A stretch of 33,272 nt of DNA, taken from NCBI RefSeq assembly GCF_001194135.2, contig NC_068981.1:18851348-18884619 (forward strand). The letters are read 5' to 3'. The notes under the pieces are model-generated. The model had not been told where the DNA came from, searched no databases, and saw only the letters and a list, made by a program, of their open reading frames with translations. The first letter of the stretch is position 1, and the number at the start of each line of letters is the position of its first letter. This DNA comes from Octopus bimaculoides. Taxonomy: Eukaryota. The position numbers were made by a program, and so were the translations under genes. Shown here piece after piece: positions 10,447-22,005 of this stretch.

Positions 10447-10931
10447 ATATATATATATATGTATATACATATATACGACGGGCTTCTTTCAGTTTCCATC
10501 TACCAAATCCACTCACAAGGCTTTGGTTGGCCCGAGGCTATAGTAGAAGACACTTGCCCAAGGTGCCATGCAGTGGGACTGAACCCGGAACCATGTGGTT
10601 GGTAAGCAAGCTACTTACCACATATCCACTCCTGTGCCTATATTTATTCTTCAGGTTTCTTTTATTGGTTTCAGTCTTTGAACCGTGGCCAAACTGGGGC
10701 ATTCCTTTCAAGTTCAAATCATACAGTGACCGGTACTTATTTTATTGATCTCTATTTGTTGAGCCACTAATTTATATGACATATAGGATACATAACAGAA
10801 ACAGCACTTATATTTAGACCAGTATAAATACAAACACAGGATACGCATACATGCATCCATACACTGTCACATAAACACATATACATACACACACTGTCAC
10901 CATCTTTCTGTCTCCGTCTGCTTGTCCGTCC

Positions 10932-10965
<34 letters not shown>

Positions 10966-10998
10966 AATATATAATACAAACGTCATGATATATAACAT

Positions 10999-11105
10999 TG
11001 GTTTCAAATTTTGACACAAGGCCAGTGATTACGAGGTGAGGGTGGTAAGTAGATCACATCAACCCCAGTGTTCAACTGGTACTTATTTTATCAACCCCAA
11101 AAGGA
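10999..11105 (-). mobile_element. Family C SINE 3' part
   Basis: tttcaaattttgacacaaggcc...accccagtg..ctggtacttattttatcaacccc. Confidence 0.75.
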
Positions 11106-11166
11106 TCAGGATATATAATACTGTATTGGAGATTCATTAAACTCAACATAGTATAGAAAAATATAC

Positions 11167-11334
11167 TGATGATGAAAATGATGACAGTGATAATGAAGTT
11201 GACAACTATGATGACTATGATGATGATAATGATGATGATGATGATGACAACGACGACGATGACGATGATGATGATGACGATGATAATGATGACAGTGATG
11301 ATGACAGAAACAGAAATGACAAAAATGAGTGATA

Positions 11335-11365
<31 letters not shown>

Positions 11366-11620
11366 CATTGATGGTAATGACAATGACGACAACAATGATG
11401 ACGATGATAGTAATGACAATGATGATCATTATAATGAGGATTATGATGGTGATGATGATGATAATGATGAAGATGATGTTGGTGAGAACAGTGATAATGA
11501 TAATGATGTTGATGATGAGAAATGATGACAATGATGATGATGATGATGATGATGATGACAATGACGATGACGATGACAAACAATGTTGATGAGAAGGCTG
11601 ATTATAGCAAGGATGATGAA
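11167..11620. repeat. Degenerate (GAT)n microsatellite array
   Basis: GAT triplets with point variants and several frame slips. Confidence 0.95.
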
Positions 11621-11712
11621 TTACAGTCAAATCTACAACTGTCAAAACATCAGCGTTTGAACAATCGAAATAACAACAACAACAACAAAAAAAAAACACT
11701 ATTTCCTTTCAG

Positions 11713-11782
11713 AATTGAACCTTATTTCCTAGTTAACAACTCCCATGATTATAATACAGATCTTGTGAATAAGAAGGTCGGT
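11713..11782 (+). other. Candidate short exon (unverified)
   Basis: atttcctttcag acceptor; gtaagt donor at 11783 (alternative donor at 11777); open frame IEPYFLVNNSHDYNTDLVNKK. Confidence 0.15.
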
Positions 11783-11856
11783 GTAAGTCTGACTTTTCTG
11801 GAACAGAGTTTATTACTCATCCATACTCAAACTCTTGCTTCTGTTTTGGTTTTGTA

Positions 11857-12132
11857 GCTGGACTGGCTCCTGTGCAGGTGAACCGTAAAAAACACCATTT
11901 TGAGCGTGGCCATTGCCAGTACCATGTGACTGGCCCTCGTACCGGTGGCATGTAAAAGCATCCACTACACTCTCAGAGTGGTTGACGTTAGGAAGGGCAT
12001 CCAGCTGTAGAAACTCTGCCAGATCAGATTGGAGTCTGGTGTAGCCATCTGGTTCACCAGTCCCCAGTCAAATCGTCCAACCCATGCTAGCATGGAAAGT
12101 GGACGTTAAACGATGATGATGATGATGATGAT
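11857..12132 (+). mobile_element. Family A element with two subrepeats
   Basis: Same body and (GAT)n tail as the other A copies. Confidence 0.9.
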
Positions 12133-12355
12133 TCAATAAATGACAACAATCTGGAATTAAGGCACCTGTCTACTTCTGGAGGTTATTTTTCAATAGAAAG
12201 TACCTTGTGACGTAGTTGTTTAGTCTACCTTGTAAAATGGTTGATGAACAAAAGGAGAGTATGTAGGGGAAGAGAGGATTCTTTAGTCTTGACAAAACCA
12301 TGACAACCCCTCAAGTGCTGGTAACATGATACAGAGTAATCAACCAGATTAAAAA

Positions 12356-12512
12356 CGATGATAATGACTATGACAAGAAAAAAAGATGATGATGATGACG
12401 AGGATGAAGGTGATGATTTTTCGTGATGATGATGATGATGATGATGGCAGTGGTGGTGAGGATGCTTATGATGATGATGATGGCAACAACAGTGATGTTG
12501 AGAATGGGAATG
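12356..12512. repeat. Degenerate (GAT)n array
   Basis: Visible triplet periodicity. Confidence 0.9.
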
Positions 12513-12669
12513 AAGACCAAATTCACTTTATTGTGTTAACTTCTTCAGCATTATTTTCAATATTTTGAAGTGGAAATATATCTGTCACTCAAAAGACAAA
12601 GTGTGTTGTATACTGTACTTAAGGTAGATATAAGTTCATCTATTTCTAATTATAATGATAATTGAAATT

Positions 12670-12711
12670 ATACATATACATATGCATACACATACATGCA
12701 CATATATACAT

Positions 12712-12743
<32 letters not shown>

Positions 12744-13468
12744 GTATTTGTATGTATGTATGTATGTATGTATGTATGTGCATACGTGTGTTTACGTATG
12801 TGTTTGTATACATGTATGTATATGTATATGCATATCTGTTTATTTGGTTATAGGCGTAGATGTATATGTATGTGTATATGTATGTATCTATTTCTATTTA
12901 TACATGTATATATATATATATATGTATATATGTGTGTATGGGGACATGCACACATATGTGTATATTTGTATATGCGTAGGTACGTATGTGCATATGTGTA
13001 AATGTGGGCGTTTGTGTGTATATATGTGTGTGTATATATATATATATATATGCACATATATATATGTGTGTATATGTGTGTATATATGTNNNNNNNNNNN
13101 NNNNNNNNNNNNNNNNNNNNNNNNNNNNNNNNNNNNNNNNNNNNNNNNNNNNNNNNNNNNNNNNNNNNNNNNNNNNNNNNNNNNNNNNNNNNNNNNNNNN
13201 NNNNNNNNNNNNNNNNNNNNNNNNNNNNNNNNNNNNNNNNNNNNNNNNNNNNNNNNNNNNNNNNNNNNNNNNNNNNNNNNNNNNNNNNNNNNNNNNNNNN
13301 NNNNNNNNNNNNNNNNNNNNNNNNNNNNNNNNNNNNNNNNNNNNNNNNNNNNNNNNNNNNNNNNNNNNNNNNNNNNNNNNNNNNNNNNNNNNNNNNNNNN
13401 NNNNNNNNNNNNNNNNNNNNNNNNNNNNNNNNNNNNNNNNNNNNNNNNNNNNNNNNNNNNNNNNNNNN

Positions 13469-13501
<33 letters not shown>
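12670..13501. repeat. Compound (CA)n/(TA)n/(TG)n alternating purine-pyrimidine microsatellite containing a 379-N gap (13090-13468)
   Basis: Direct inspection. Confidence 0.95.
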
Positions 13502-13505
<4 letters not shown>

Positions 13506-13705
13506 CGCACGTGGACCGTTGGTGATTTTTCCCTCCTTCCTTCTTTTCCTTTGGACTTTGCTGTTTTACCTGTTTATGAAGAAGAGCTATGTTCGAAATG
13601 TAAAACGACTACTCCCTTCTTTCTCTGAGTTTCTTATTAGTACATTGCTTCTGCTACATCTACATGTTTGTTTTTTTCTTTTTCTTTGTGTTTTTTTAAA
13701 TTGAC
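13502..13705 (+). mobile_element. Possible Penelope-like terminal-repeat remnant with a degenerate hammerhead
   Basis: gttt-aTGAAGA-a-gagc-tat-gttc-GAAA-t-GTA-aaac at 13572-13606; element bounded by dinucleotide microsatellites. Confidence 0.4.
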
Positions 13706-13728
13706 TATACACACACACACACACACAC

Positions 13729-13760
<32 letters not shown>

Positions 13761-13762
<2 letters not shown>

Positions 13763-13868
13763 CATCATCATCATCATCATCATCGTTTAACATCCGCTTT
13801 CCATGCTAGCATGGGTTGGACGATTTGACTGAGGACTGGTGAAACCGGATGGCAACACCAGGCTCCAG
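13761..13868 (-). mobile_element. Family A 3'-terminal ~100 bp inserted in (TA)n
   Basis: (TA)n, then (ATC)n, body to ggctccag, then (AT)n again. Confidence 0.9.
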
Positions 13869-13900
<32 letters not shown>

Positions 13901-14533
13901 CATTAAAAGTCAGTTTGACTCTAGCTTGCTTGCAATGTCACTCACCCAAACTGGTGCATAATGGAAATATACTATGAATTAAGTGTACCCTGAAATGTTA
14001 ATACAAACAGAATGAAAGAAGTTTCGTGTAAATTGGTAAACTGGTTTTCTAATATCAAAGATTTATGGGGTATAAATACTCAAAATAGTGCATAATGGGA
14101 AAATGTTCTGAAAATAATCTTCATTCTGAGATGAAGAAACTCTTAATTTTTTATTAGACAGTGAGTTGACAACAAATAAATACAATATTTTTTTTACAGT
14201 AAATGTTTCTATTTTCGCTTTTGTTAAACACAATATTCTAATCATTTAGAAATACTTTTAAGTGAATGTGATTTCAAAAATATAAGTTGTTTGTACAGTA
14301 AGTATTTGTATTTTAGCTTTCTTTAAACAGACAATGTTTTAATGTTTTTTTAATTATTTTTAAGTGAATACCATTACAAAATTTTTTTGGCATATTTAAA
14401 AAATATTCTAGAATGAAAATGACTTTAGAAATATGGTAAATATTTTGTAAAAGACCCATTCGTAACCTCAATGTGAAATAATGTTTATTTTTTTCCGTAG
14501 GTTTTTCGAGTGCATTCAATGTATCTCATCTCT

Positions 14534-14652
14534 AAAGATTTGGCTGCTATTTCTAGCATGCCCTGCTACCACATAACGGCTATTTGTGATAAAGGACCTG
14601 AAATGCCTCTTATGTGGTAGCAGGACGTGCAAGAAGTAGCAGCCAAATCTTT
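14534..14652. repeat. Long inverted repeat / hairpin
   Basis: 43-bp arms 14534-14576 / 14610-14652, 39/43 complementary, 33-nt partly pairable loop. Confidence 0.9.
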
Positions 14653-14780
14653 CCTTTCCTGGGGAAAGGAGCCGTTTACGCATGATTTCAATGTTACATT
14701 CATTGAAAACATGCAAAATAACCAGGTAAAGAAAAAATCTCAAGAAACAAAATTCCATTGCTGGGAAACTCATGGGTACG

Positions 14781-14914
14781 AACCACATGGTTCCAGGTTC
14801 AGTTCCACTGCATGGCACCTAGGGCAAGTGTCTTCTACTATAAGCCTCGGGCTGACCAAAGCCTTGTGAGTGGATTTGGTAGACGGAATCTGAAAGAAGC
14901 CCGTCATATGTATG

Positions 14915-14949
<35 letters not shown>

Positions 14950-15138
14950 TTGTGCCCCCCAACGTCACTTGACAATCGATGTTGATGTGCTTACATCCCT
15001 GTAACTTAGCGGTTCAGCAAAAGAGACCGATAGAATAAGTACTAGGCTTACAAAGGATAAGTCCTGGGGTCGATTTGCTCGACTAAAGGTGGTGCTCCAG
15101 CATAGCCACAGTCACATGACTGAAACAAGTAAAAGAGT
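14781..15138 (+). mobile_element. Family B SINE, slightly 5'-truncated
   Basis: aaccacatggttccaggttcag...internal (TA)n(TG)n...tgactgaaacaagtaaaagag. Confidence 0.9.
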
Positions 15139-16182
15139 GAAAATCCTACACGATTAGGTGAAAAGCGCTTTATATGATTTATAAAACATGTGACATATTA
15201 ATAAAAATCTGCAAATGTACAACCGTCCAGATTTCTGAGTACCTTAATTTTTTTCTATAATATAATTCCTGTACATCACCTCCAAACCTTCCAATATATA
15301 TATATATATTTAAATATATATTTTTTCTATAGGAAATGTACTTTGAGGTCTAATTGATCATAGAACTGTTTTTGTGATTGCAACCTCAGAATTAGAATAT
15401 TCTTGGAATTGTACTTCTTCGAGAGTGTAAAGAATGAATATATCTTCTGAAGCATTTTTTTTTCCTTAATGCAAAAAAAAAAAGAAAATAGAAACAAAAA
15501 GAAAAAAAAAACAAAGCAACAAAAAAATTAAAAAAAAGCATTCCACAAAAAAATTCAAAATCTTCCAGTTGGTGAGCAAATAAGATTCCTGGAAACAGAA
15601 ATTGGATTCTGTTTCAACAGACAATCTAGCGGAATAATGCTTATGTTTCTGCTATAAGAATACAGAAATAATCACTTAGGGATTTTAGTAGAGTTCTATG
15701 GCATGATTGCTTCTGCTGAAACCCTTTCTAGAGAGATATCAGGTGATTGATTTATGCTGACAGGGATTTGAAACAAGATGGACCTGTCCATTAAGTTGGG
15801 TTGGTGTCGAAGCTGCTCTTGAATAAATTTACACATCAAGCTGTGGTTTAGATGTCAGTTTGTAATAAAACCGAGATCTACAGCACAGTTTTTTTGTAAG
15901 TCATCATTATCATTATTCATGTTATTGTCAGCCCCCATCATCATCATCTTTCTCATTTTCTCTATTGTCCTTTCTGCTATCTTAATGTCACCATGACCAT
16001 TGTTTGGAATTGTTGCTGTTGTTGCTATCAGGTCAATTAATCTCATCACCATTATCTAGCATCTCAAGGTGGCAGTGAGATGGCTGGATCGTCAGGGCAT
16101 TGGACAGAATTCATGGTTGCATTTCTTCTGACTCTTTACTTTATGAGAGCTCAATTCCCGCTGACATCAACTTTACCTTTCA

Positions 16183-16472
16183 CAATGATAATGATTGTGA
16201 TGATAACAATGGTGATGATGACGAACCTGGTGACATTGATAATGATAATGATGATGGTGAAGAGGATAAGAATGATGAGGATGATGATGACTATGACACT
16301 GGTGATGATAATGATGATGATGATGTCGATAATGACAATGACCAAGTTGATGATGTTGATGATGATGGGTAATGATGATGATGATGAAGATGATAATGAG
16401 GTTAATGATGATGATGACGACGATGACGACAACGACAATGATGATGATGACAATGATAAGGATTATGGTGAT
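16183..16472. repeat. Degenerate (GAT)n array
   Basis: Triplet periodicity with a frame slip. Confidence 0.95.
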
Positions 16473-16529
16473 TTACAGTCAAATCTACAAATGGCATCAA
16501 TTTTACCTTTCATCTCTATAATGCTCATA

Positions 16530-16625
16530 AAATAAAGTACCAGTCATGCACTTGGGTTGATCATATTGCCTAACTCACTTCCATCAAAATTACTGATCTT
16601 CTGCCTAAATTAGAAAGCATTATTT
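16530..16625 (+). mobile_element. Family C SINE 3' fragment
   Basis: aaaataaagtaccagtcatgcacttgggttgatc... Confidence 0.6.
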
Positions 16626-18509
16626 AGCACCTTGGGAGTCACTAGAAATAACAGCCTGCTACATTTAACAACTAAATACCCACCAAAATCATATTCTACT
16701 ACCTTAAAAGGGGACACATTGGATAATGAGCTTTTCAGTTTTCTGTGCATAAGAAAAACATAGCTTGGTCACAGGTGAGATGGTTCTAATTATGGAGCTG
16801 TTCGGTCAGGGATATCCTGGGACAAAATGACAATAACAACACATGTATGAATCAACAAGGAAATGGAGTTAAAAGATTGAGCAAAGATGCTTGGATGCTG
16901 GTGATTTGGTGTAACTGGCTGGCTGGCTGGCTGGCTGGATATTCAGCCTGTTTTCATGACAGTACTTTTTGGCACTGCAGGCACACACACAAACACACAC
17001 ACACATACATATACACACATGCACATGCAAAATATACATATACAGATAAAAATAGTAAAAGTGAGAGAGAGAGAGAGAGAGAGAGATTATAATTTATTAA
17101 ATGAATATGATTGACGTAAACACTTTACTGTTGGTCATCCACAGAAATAATAACCTCCCACATGTAAACAGAGAAAGGGAGAAAAAGTGAGAGAAAAAAG
17201 TGAAAAAGAGAGAGAAAAAAAGATAGAGGGTGGAGAAGAGGGAGGGAAGGAGAAAAAAACATTAAAACAGGAGAAACATTGAAATGTCTGATGTCAAACA
17301 AGTCAATTTTGAATCAGCAATGCCAAATTGGTGGTGTCAAAACAGCAATGCCAAAACGTCTCACACCCACAAAAGAAGTCTTTATACTGTCATCTGGTCT
17401 GCTAAAAATAGTAACCAAATCTCAGACCAACTTTAGCATCATAAAGAAATAGGAAGAATACATTGGGTAATATATACAGGATGGTTGAGCTTAATTTGAT
17501 AATTATGTTTTTATGTTTCCTTTTTCTAGGAATAGCTTGATGTATTGGTCTTGGATAGCGTAAAGATTAAAGTTGTAAAAATGTTAGCTGAAATGGAAGG
17601 CTTGAAGTCATCTGAATGATGGAAAAGTGATACCTATATCATAATAATTCATGCTGGGTATCAAAATGCTGATATCATGACTGGTTTTGTCTTGGTAATT
17701 ATTGAGACATGTCATCTTTATTTCATCCATCCATCCCTCATAGTCCTGGTAAGGTTATGGTGAGAGATTCCTGAAGTACTTTTTTCATAGGGTCCTGTCA
17801 GAAGGAACCATTATGAGAGTTTTTGACTGGGTTCCCAAGTATGACCAATATGGATATTATCCAACTATCACATTCTTGGTCTAACCCCTTTTGTTGTTGG
17901 TCCATTACAAATATCTGATATAAATAAAACTACCAAAAGCTACAGCATGAAAAGGTTTTCGTTATTTCAAAGCAATATTACATGTAAGATGTCTGCCAGC
18001 TTTTGCAATTCTTTGCAAACTTAAATCTTGTAAATTCTCTGAGAGCTTCAATAAATATCAGAAGTTAGAAACCTTATGGAGTTAAATACAAAATAAATTA
18101 ACTTTTTCTGTTTATAAACATTGCAAAATTCCTTAAATGTTTAGATAAAAATAAAACAAGGAGATATTTTGTTTCTAAGTAAGAAAAAAATCTTACTTTT
18201 TTAATTTAAAACTTTATAACTGTCGAAACACAACAAAGTGAAAATCCTAAATCCTTCAGCAGATAGTTTTATTAAATTTTAGCAAGAGTTGATTTCTTGG
18301 AGAAAATTTCCTGACAATTCTACGTCATCTGGATAGGAAGAATGATTAGAATATAGAAGTAACGGAAGGATATTATTTAAAAGCTTGGTTAGTACGTGGT
18401 GCTTGTAAAAATAATGCCTGTTATTGACTGTTTTAAGAAATGATCTGTATTAGTACGATCATTATTAACACCATCAGCATTAACATTACCATTGATACCA
18501 ATTCCATCA

Positions 18510-18720
18510 GGGAACGGTCAGAGAGTTGGCAAAAATGTTTCCGAATATTTCTTCCAACTCATCACATTCTGAGAGGAAATTCTACCAGGGTCAACTCGAC
18601 CTTCATCCTTTTGGGAGTTGATAACATAAAGCAGCACTCAAGTACAGGGGTCAATGAAATCAACTATCTTACTCTCATTGGAGTGCCATATAACCTAGTG
18701 CCAAATTTTCTGAATGATTA
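18510..18720 (+). mobile_element. Old family C SINE
   Basis: acattctgag..aaattctaccagggtcaactcgaccttcatccttttggg..gataac. Confidence 0.6.
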
Positions 18721-19246
18721 TGTCCATTGTGATATTCAACATCTTCAGATAATCTCTTTTTCAGATAATCTCTTTTTCCCATATCTTCTTCAGGTTCCTT
18801 CCACTTGAGTCACAGGCCAATCTTCTCTCTAGTCATCATTCTCCGAAATCAACACTACCACCGATAATGCTACTGACATCAAACTCACGTAAGACAGCTC
18901 CTATATGTTTAATCAGCTTGGTAGACATAGCAGCCAAGTCTCTCTCATATCACAAACTTTATTATCTGAGGAAAAGAAGGATACTCTTGATAAAGATGTT
19001 TTAGATACACTTTGAAAAGACAGATGTCATGCTAATAACTGGAACACCTTTGATCAAAGGTATTTTAATTAATGCTGATTTTGGCAGCTAAACTATAAGA
19101 AGCAACAAGAACTAATTCTGCTACCCTGAGAGTTGTTATGCAATCACATGACCTGTTGGAAATAGTAACCAAATTTTCCTCAAATTACACCCCACTGTTT
19201 TGGAAAAGAACATGTTAAGTAATGTGGTCCTATGCTCCCTGTACAT

Positions 19247-19632
19247 CTGCTTCTGTTGGCACTCCGTCGCTTATGACGTCGAGGGTTCCAGTTGATCCGA
19301 TCAACGGAACAGCCTGCTCGTGAAATTAACGTGCAAGTGGCTGAGCACTTCACAGACACGTGTACCCTTAACGTAGTTCTTGGGGAGATTCAGCGTGACA
19401 CAGTGTGACAAGGCTGACCCTTTGAAATACAGGTACAACAGAAACAGGAAGAAAGAGTGAGAGAATGTTGTGGTGAGAGAGTACAGCAAGGTTCGCCACC
19501 ACCCCCTGCCGGAGCCTCGTGGAGCTTTAGGTGTTTTCGCTCAATAAACACTCACAACGCCCGATCTGGGAATCGAAACTGCGATCCTATGACCGCGAGT
19601 CCGCTGCCCTAACCACTGGGCCATTGTGCCTT
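19247..19632 (-). mobile_element. Family D tRNA-headed SINE, young, nested in a family G copy
   Basis: Head tggcccagtggttagg / tttcgattccc; CpG retained; near-3' palindrome gttcc-a-gttgatc-c-gatcaac-ggaac (19285-19310); TSD ccctgtacat (19237-19246) / ccctgcacat (19634-19643). Confidence 0.9.
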
Positions 19633-19902
19633 CCCCTGCACATAGAAAAATGAAACAATGGGGGTTTAATTTGGAGTAAATACTTTTAGTTGGGAGTCCT
19701 TTCTATTGCTATCTATACAACTGTAATGCAGGGCAGGCCAGAAAAGGGGCCTCTGTGCAATCACTCAATCTGCAAGAAATAGCAGCCAGATCTGTCTGAA
19801 ATCACACAGCTTCCAATCTTAAAATAGCTAAGGCATTTTAAATACATTTGAAGATGAAAGATTGTTTGCTTGATCAGTGGTGATCAGATATTGGAGCGAA
19901 GT

Positions 19903-19974
<72 letters not shown>

Positions 19975-20004
19975 AGCAGCAGCAGTAGCAGCAACAACAA
20001 CAAC
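19903..20004. repeat. (CAA)n(CAG)n compound microsatellite, likely a family G tail
   Basis: Direct inspection. Confidence 0.9.
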
Positions 20005-20268
20005 TGTAATGTAGATGCTTAACGTGTTGTCAACCAACGAAACCTAAGACATGAAGAGATGTCAATATTGGTTAAGAATAAGACAAAGTAACATTAACAG
20101 GAAATTGAACTCATTACCATGAAGTTTAAAAGTCTCAAATTCGTTCGCTCATTGGTATAATTTATCAGCCCCAGAGGTATAAAACACAAACGTGAAGTTG
20201 GTGTGATTTGGACAAATGACCAAGACAGGGATAAAACTCAATACTATCAAATGTTTTGCTTAATATTG

Positions 20269-20323
<55 letters not shown>

Positions 20324-20325
20324 TC
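20269..20325. repeat. (TTTC)n microsatellite
   Basis: Direct inspection. Confidence 0.95.
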
Positions 20326-20429
20326 AATTATCTTCATCCTCTCATAGTGTCTGAATGGTTAACAGCATTCAAAATGACTATTTAGGCATAAAGCAGACTA
20401 ACATATTAGGTAATGACTTAGCTGCATAT

Positions 20430-21458
20430 TCCCCACTCCCTCCTCTCCCTTTTCCTCCTCATCCCCCTGTCCTCCCCTCCCAGTTCTCCCCTTCTCCCCT
20501 CCCCTTCTCTCCTCCCCTTCTCCTCCTCCTCATCATTATCATCAACGTCATCATCATCATCATCANNNNNNNNNNNNNNNNNNNNNNNNNNNNNNNNNNN
20601 NNNNNNNNNNNNNNNNNNNNNNNNNNNNNNNNNNNNNNNNNNNNNNNNNNNNNNNNNNNNNNNNNNNNNNNNNNNNNNNNNNNNNNNNNNNNNNNNNNNN
20701 NNNNNNNNNNNNNNNNNNNNNNNNNNNNNNNNNNNNNNNNNNNNNNNNNNNNNNNNNNNNNNNNNNNNNNNNNNNNNNNNNNNNNNNNNNNNNNNNNNNN
20801 NNNNNNNNNNNNNNNNNNNNNNNNNNNNNNNNNNNNNNNNNNNNNNNNNNNNNNNNNNNNNNNNNNNNNNNNNNNNNNNNNNNNNNNNNNNNNNNNNNNN
20901 NNNNNNNNNNNNNNNNNNNNNNNNNNNNNNNNNNNNNNNNNNNNNNNNNNNNNNNNNNNNNNNNNNNNNNNNNNNNNNNNNNNNNNNNNNNNNNNNNNNN
21001 NNNNNNNNNNNNNNNNNNNNNNNNNNNNNNNNNNNNNNNNNNNNNNNNNNNNNNNNNNNNNNNNNNNNNNNNNNNNNNNNNNNNNNNNNNNNNNNNNNNN
21101 NNNNNNNNNNNNNNNNNNNNNNNNNNNNNNNNNNNNNNNNNNNNNNNNNNNNNNNNNNNNNNNNNNNNNNNNNNNNNNNNNNNNNNNNNNNNNNNNNNNN
21201 NNNNNNNNNNNNNNNNNNNNNNNNNNNNNNNNNNNNNNNNNNNNNNNNNNNNNNNNNNNNNNNNNNNNNNNNNNNNNNNNNNNNNNNNTCTCCCCTCCCC
21301 TTCTCCCCTCCCCTTCTCTCCTCCCCTTCTCCTCCTCCTCATCATTATCATCAACGTCATCATCATCATCATCATCCTCATCATCCTCATCATCCTCATC
21401 ATCATTATCATCGTCGTCATCATCGTCGTCATCACCATCATCGTCGTCGTCGTCGTCG

Positions 21459-21489
<31 letters not shown>

Positions 21490-21800
21490 CATCGTCTTCT
21501 TCTTTCACCTTCTCTTTCGCCTTCTTTTTCGTTAACCTCTTCGTTGTCGTCGTCATCGTCATTGTCATCGGTTTCGACTCCTTCATCACCGTGGCCATCA
21601 TCTTCACTGCCTCCTTCTCTATCACCGTAATTTTACCACCCACCTCTTCCTTTACAATATAGCTTATCATCCTCATCATCATCATCATCGTCGTCATCAT
21701 CATCGTCATCATCATCATCCTTATCATCATCATCATCATCATCATCATCATTATCATTATCGTCATTATCATCATCGTCGGCGTCGTCATCGTCATCATC

Positions 21801-21832
<32 letters not shown>

Positions 21833-21836
21833 CATT
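20430..21836. repeat. Polypyrimidine tract plus degenerate (ATC)n array spanning a 723-N gap (20566-21288)
   Basis: Direct inspection. Confidence 0.95.
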
Positions 21837-22005
21837 TTATGCACATTTTACATGTAGACATGGATTGGACAGGAAGTCATGTTTGAGTCAGGGGAATGCG
21901 TATTATTTATTCTCCTAAGAAACACCCATTATCTACTCGGTTAATTTTTGACTTGGTTTTTATGAATGGATGCTCTTCCTATGTATTAAACAGACTACCT
22001 AACAC
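21836..22005 (-). mobile_element. Old, diverged family A-like 3' end
   Basis: Reverse complement gtccaatccatgtctacatgtaaaatgtgcataaaa(tga)n resembles the A tail; ggatgctcttccta resembles ggatgcccttccta. Confidence 0.55.

Larger units (their letters stand above)
9879..10640 (-). mobile_element. Full-length family B SINE interrupted in its central (TA)n by a rearranged family A insert and an N gap
   Basis: 3' half at 9879-10134; 5' half with A and B boxes at 10476-10640. Confidence 0.9.

Noticed and set aside
11072-11857. Asp-, Met-, His-, Ile- and Ser-rich ORFs (also 12386-12568, 16080-16535, 20355-21844)
   Set aside because: They are reading frames of (GAT)n/(ATC)n microsatellites; the acidic frame slips repeatedly and there are no supporting splice boundaries.
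12655-13704. Long ORFs of 180-460 aa here and at 10019-10748 and 20355-21844
   Set aside because: They stay open only because of N gaps and stop-free dinucleotide repeats.
19540-19632. tRNA-like sequence (also heads at 10590-10640, 28371-28460, 28824-28885)
   Set aside because: Each continues into a SINE body and tail, some with TSDs, and lacks a clean cloverleaf; these are SINE heads, not tRNA genes.
19903-20004. PolyQ-like CAA/CAG tract
   Set aside because: It has no flanking ORF or splice context and sits at the end of a family G repeat as its tail.
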